Assembly: GCF_009914755.1 (NCBI RefSeq)
Contig: NC_060934.1
Source: the human T2T-CHM13v2.0 reference genome, Homo sapiens
Reading direction: 5' to 3' (one strand)
DNA length: 64,000 bases
Of this stretch, positions 60,903-64,000 are shown piece by piece. The position numbers and the translations under genes are program-made. Numbering within the stretch: the stretch's first letter is position 1; each line of letters opens with the position of its first letter. The notes under the pieces were generated by a model that worked only from the letters and a program-made list of their open reading frames with translations, searched no databases and was not told the DNA's origin.

Positions 60903-63679
60903 TGAATCCTCTCTTCCTAGGAGAGTTTACTTAGTGGAGCAGTGTTGGGATTTCTAGCCTGGTTTCTTCTGAGGAAAAAAACATGTCAAGTTAAACCTTC
61001 CAGGATAAAGAGAGGATTTTGTTGGGGGGAGCTGTTGTATCTGAAGTGTTAATATAGAGCAAATGCAGTTTATTTTCTCAAAGGAAGGGAGAGAGATCAT
61101 GCCAAGAAAAACGCATAGAGTGGGGTGGAGTGGAGTTGGGAAAGAAAATGTGACAAGTACCTAAAATCAAATGCCTATAGGAAGGATTTTCCCCATGATT
61201 AGCTCCAAATGTTGGGGAGTGGGGAGGATGTTGCTTGTTTCTTTCTTTATTTCTTTTTAAAAAATTGTTTTACTTTGTTCTTGACTCTTTAGTTTCAAAA
61301 GCAGATTAAGGAAAAGCTTATTAGGAAGTCTAGAGCCATAGGCACTATAGAAATTACCAGCCCCCAAAAGTCAATACCCAGTTACTTTACCTTTTTGGCT
61401 GTTCCACGTAATTAACCCTGCTGCTTGATCCAAGTGAAGCCGGGGGAAAGCCGGGCACCGTTGGATGGTGTAGCTCCTTGCTTAACCCCTCATGTTGTAC
61501 TGCAAAGATGAATGCCCACTTACCTGGATCTCTCAGGGGATGACATTTTCCAAAAGAAGATTTTCTTCTGCTCCCTCTTGAGAACAATATAAAGAGTATG
61601 TAATTCAGAGAGATTACTTTGAATTTCACTAAAAGGGAAGTACAAAGGCTTTGTTTTTTCAGATCCTATCAAATTAATACTGTCACGTTTGGAAAATGTT
61701 GCTCTGTTTTGATAGATCTCTTAGAAGGATGTGTCTTATGCAAATAGTAATTGTGATTTTTAAAGCTAATATAAATGTGATTCATTTACTTAAAATCAAG
61801 CCACCTTGTAGCTGTGAGTAATTTTCCCATTTTGTTGAAGGTAAGTACAATTTTTAATTGGCTACATTTGGTTGCAGGAGAGGTTAAAGAATAGATTTAA
61901 GTAGGCATGTCTGAAAAGGACAGAAAGTTCCACAAAGCAGTTGTCAGCAGGGATTAGATCTCTGGATGTCCTTGTTTGTCAGGAAAAGCCTTCTGTGTAT
62001 CCAGTAGCTTCTGAAAATGTTAATGTGGCACTGTGCAGGGAGTCAAGGGAACAGTCTCCTCATTTTCAGTGCAGGATGCTAGGGAAAGCCTGTCCGTATG
62101 TGTGCGTGGGTGTGTGAGTGAGGGCTGGCTGTGCACCCTGCCTCTCTGGCTGAAGTAAGTTGCAGAGCAGCTTTGCCTTTTCATGGGCTTGGGTGTGGGG
62201 AATCCCTCCTACCAAGAGTATTTTGGGAAATTCCTAAATGCTGATGTGTTCTCAGCTCTATATAATGCCCTTGTTGGAGTGAGGAGCAAAACACACATGG
62301 ATAATGATTTTAAAGCACCAGTCAACCAATTCCTGGTGTGTGTGTCTTTTACTTGCTTGATAGAGCTGTTCAAGGAGAATCTTGCGTTGTCAAGGATTTT
62401 AGGCTTCTACATAGTACAGGGATTGCTCTTCTTTTCCTTTTCCAGGGCTCTTCCTGTCTCTAGATATTTAGCATACAGATGCAGTTTCATGATGTAGCAC
62501 GAGAATCTCCCACATTTCCACATATATTACACAGTCGGCGAAGCAAGTGGTAGTGGTGGCTGCTCCAGCCAAACCTGGCAGTGCTACTGCCGTCACTTTT
62601 CTAATAACCTTGGTGTCTCTGCAACAAGGTTAGTGGTGGTGTTTACCAAAGCTACAACTTTGTTTCTCCTTTCTCTTTCCCTGCTTCTGTTGTCTCCCTG
62701 TCTCCCCTCCTGCTGCCCCCTACCACTTAGGTTAATGAACTTCCCTGTGGTATGCAGAAACTAGTCAGACATGCATCTTTAAAACACATTTTAGAGTTTT
62801 CAAAAATGTGCATAATAGAAATATATCCTAAAGTTCAAAAACATTCTGAGATTGTCACAGTTAGTGGCAGATTAAGGAAACAGAATATAAAATAGCCAAA
62901 TATATTCCAGGAAGTCATGCTTGTTGAGTAGGCATTTATCTGACAGATTGAAATGAGCTTCTTTTGTGTGTTGGCTCATAGTCCAGAATTGCAAGTTTTT
63001 CACTTTTAGTGTTTATGTAAAATTCTCCTGCTGGCTCATTTCATGGAAATAAAGGCTCACTTCATCTGTAACTTGTATCTGTAGTAAGACCCTTACAAGG
63101 GCTGCAATTTTCATCTTGGTTTAATTTGCAAGAAAAACATTATTATGTACGTATAGCTACTTGTTTTAATTTAGTGTCAATTGTCAATGTCGTAGTAGAA
63201 ATGGATGAAGAAAATCCTTTTGGAAAGGAGATTTTTATAGAAATCAAAGGAGTATTGCCCAGCAACTCTTAATAGGTGTTTACTGAATATATACTATGGG
63301 AATGTATTGCACGCTTTAGAGATTCTAAAGAATAACATATCCTTGCCTACAAGGTGTTGCTTACCAATTTGAGGAGATGAAGATTGTCCGTAGAATAGGG
63401 ACTGAACAAGCACTGTGTGAAAAAACGGTATTATGCTGTGCAATAAAATTTCAAGAATAGGATAATACATAAAGGAACGATTTGCTGTGGAGATCATTTC
63501 ATTATATGTGAGATTGATGTCCAGAGATGTCATCCAGTTTAGTTAATGTAGTTCTGGCTAGCTGTTTGTGGAATTCTGGCTAGTTTGTTTTTTTAATGTC
63601 CTTATCCTGTTTCTTGTGTTATACTTGAACACATCAACATAGAGTGAGAAGTTACTGTTTTTGTTACCTAAAAATGAGT

Positions 63680-63847
63680 CACATAGTAAAAAGAGATGGG
63701 TTGAGAATCAGATATATTTGATTTCAGATCCTGGCTGTGCTCATTCTTAGCTCTGTGTGCTCTGTGTGCCTCAGTTTTCTCATTGGAAGAACTGGAATGT
63801 AAGTTACTAATTTACAGATTTGTTGGGATTAAATTATTTTGAAGCAT
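63680..63847 (+). mobile_element. MIR
   Basis: TTCAGATCCTGGCT...CTGTGTGCCTCAGTTTTCTCAT...GTTGGGATTAAAT. Confidence 0.75.
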
Positions 63848-64000
63848 GGCTGGGTGCCATGGCTCTTTCCTATAACCCCAGCACTTTGGGAGGCTGAGGC
63901 GGGCAGATCACGTGGAGGTCAGGAGTTCGAGACCAGACTGGTCAACATGGCGAAACCCCGTCTCTACCAAAAATACAAAAATTAGCAGGGCGTGGTGGCA
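63848..64000 (+). mobile_element. AluS, cut by the window edge
   Basis: Left arm and linker. Confidence 0.93.

Overview
Primate (human-like) non-coding genomic DNA. The + strand looks T- and G-rich outside repeats (judged by eye, not counted), which suggests a large intron of a gene transcribed left to right. I cannot name the host gene. I found no credible protein-coding exon, RNA gene, CpG island or CRISPR array. Many ORF-track entries are translations of Alu or L1 sequence, and the rest look like chance frames. The window holds about 50 Alu elements or monomers, a near-full-length decayed L1MA-type element (about 49.2-55.9 kb), other L1, L2, CR1 and MIR fragments, a solo HERV-E LTR2, MER34/MaLR LTRs, and DNA-transposon fossils (MER20, MER3/33, MER94, Tigger3a, a MER46-like MITE, a Kanga/MER104-like element). 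Repeat subfamilies are assigned from remembered consensus motifs, and old-element boundaries are approximate. I see no new gene system. The most unusual signals are small DNA-repair or replication scars: an Alu carrying an inverted patch apparently copied from its neighbour (32.0 kb), a 32-bp ectopic copy with a fold-back (59.0/60.3 kb), a fold-back patch in an L1 (39.1 kb), perfect 36- and 49-bp tandem duplications, and a tail-only retro-insertion. There are also closely spaced inverted Alu pairs and a few candidate cryptic exons.
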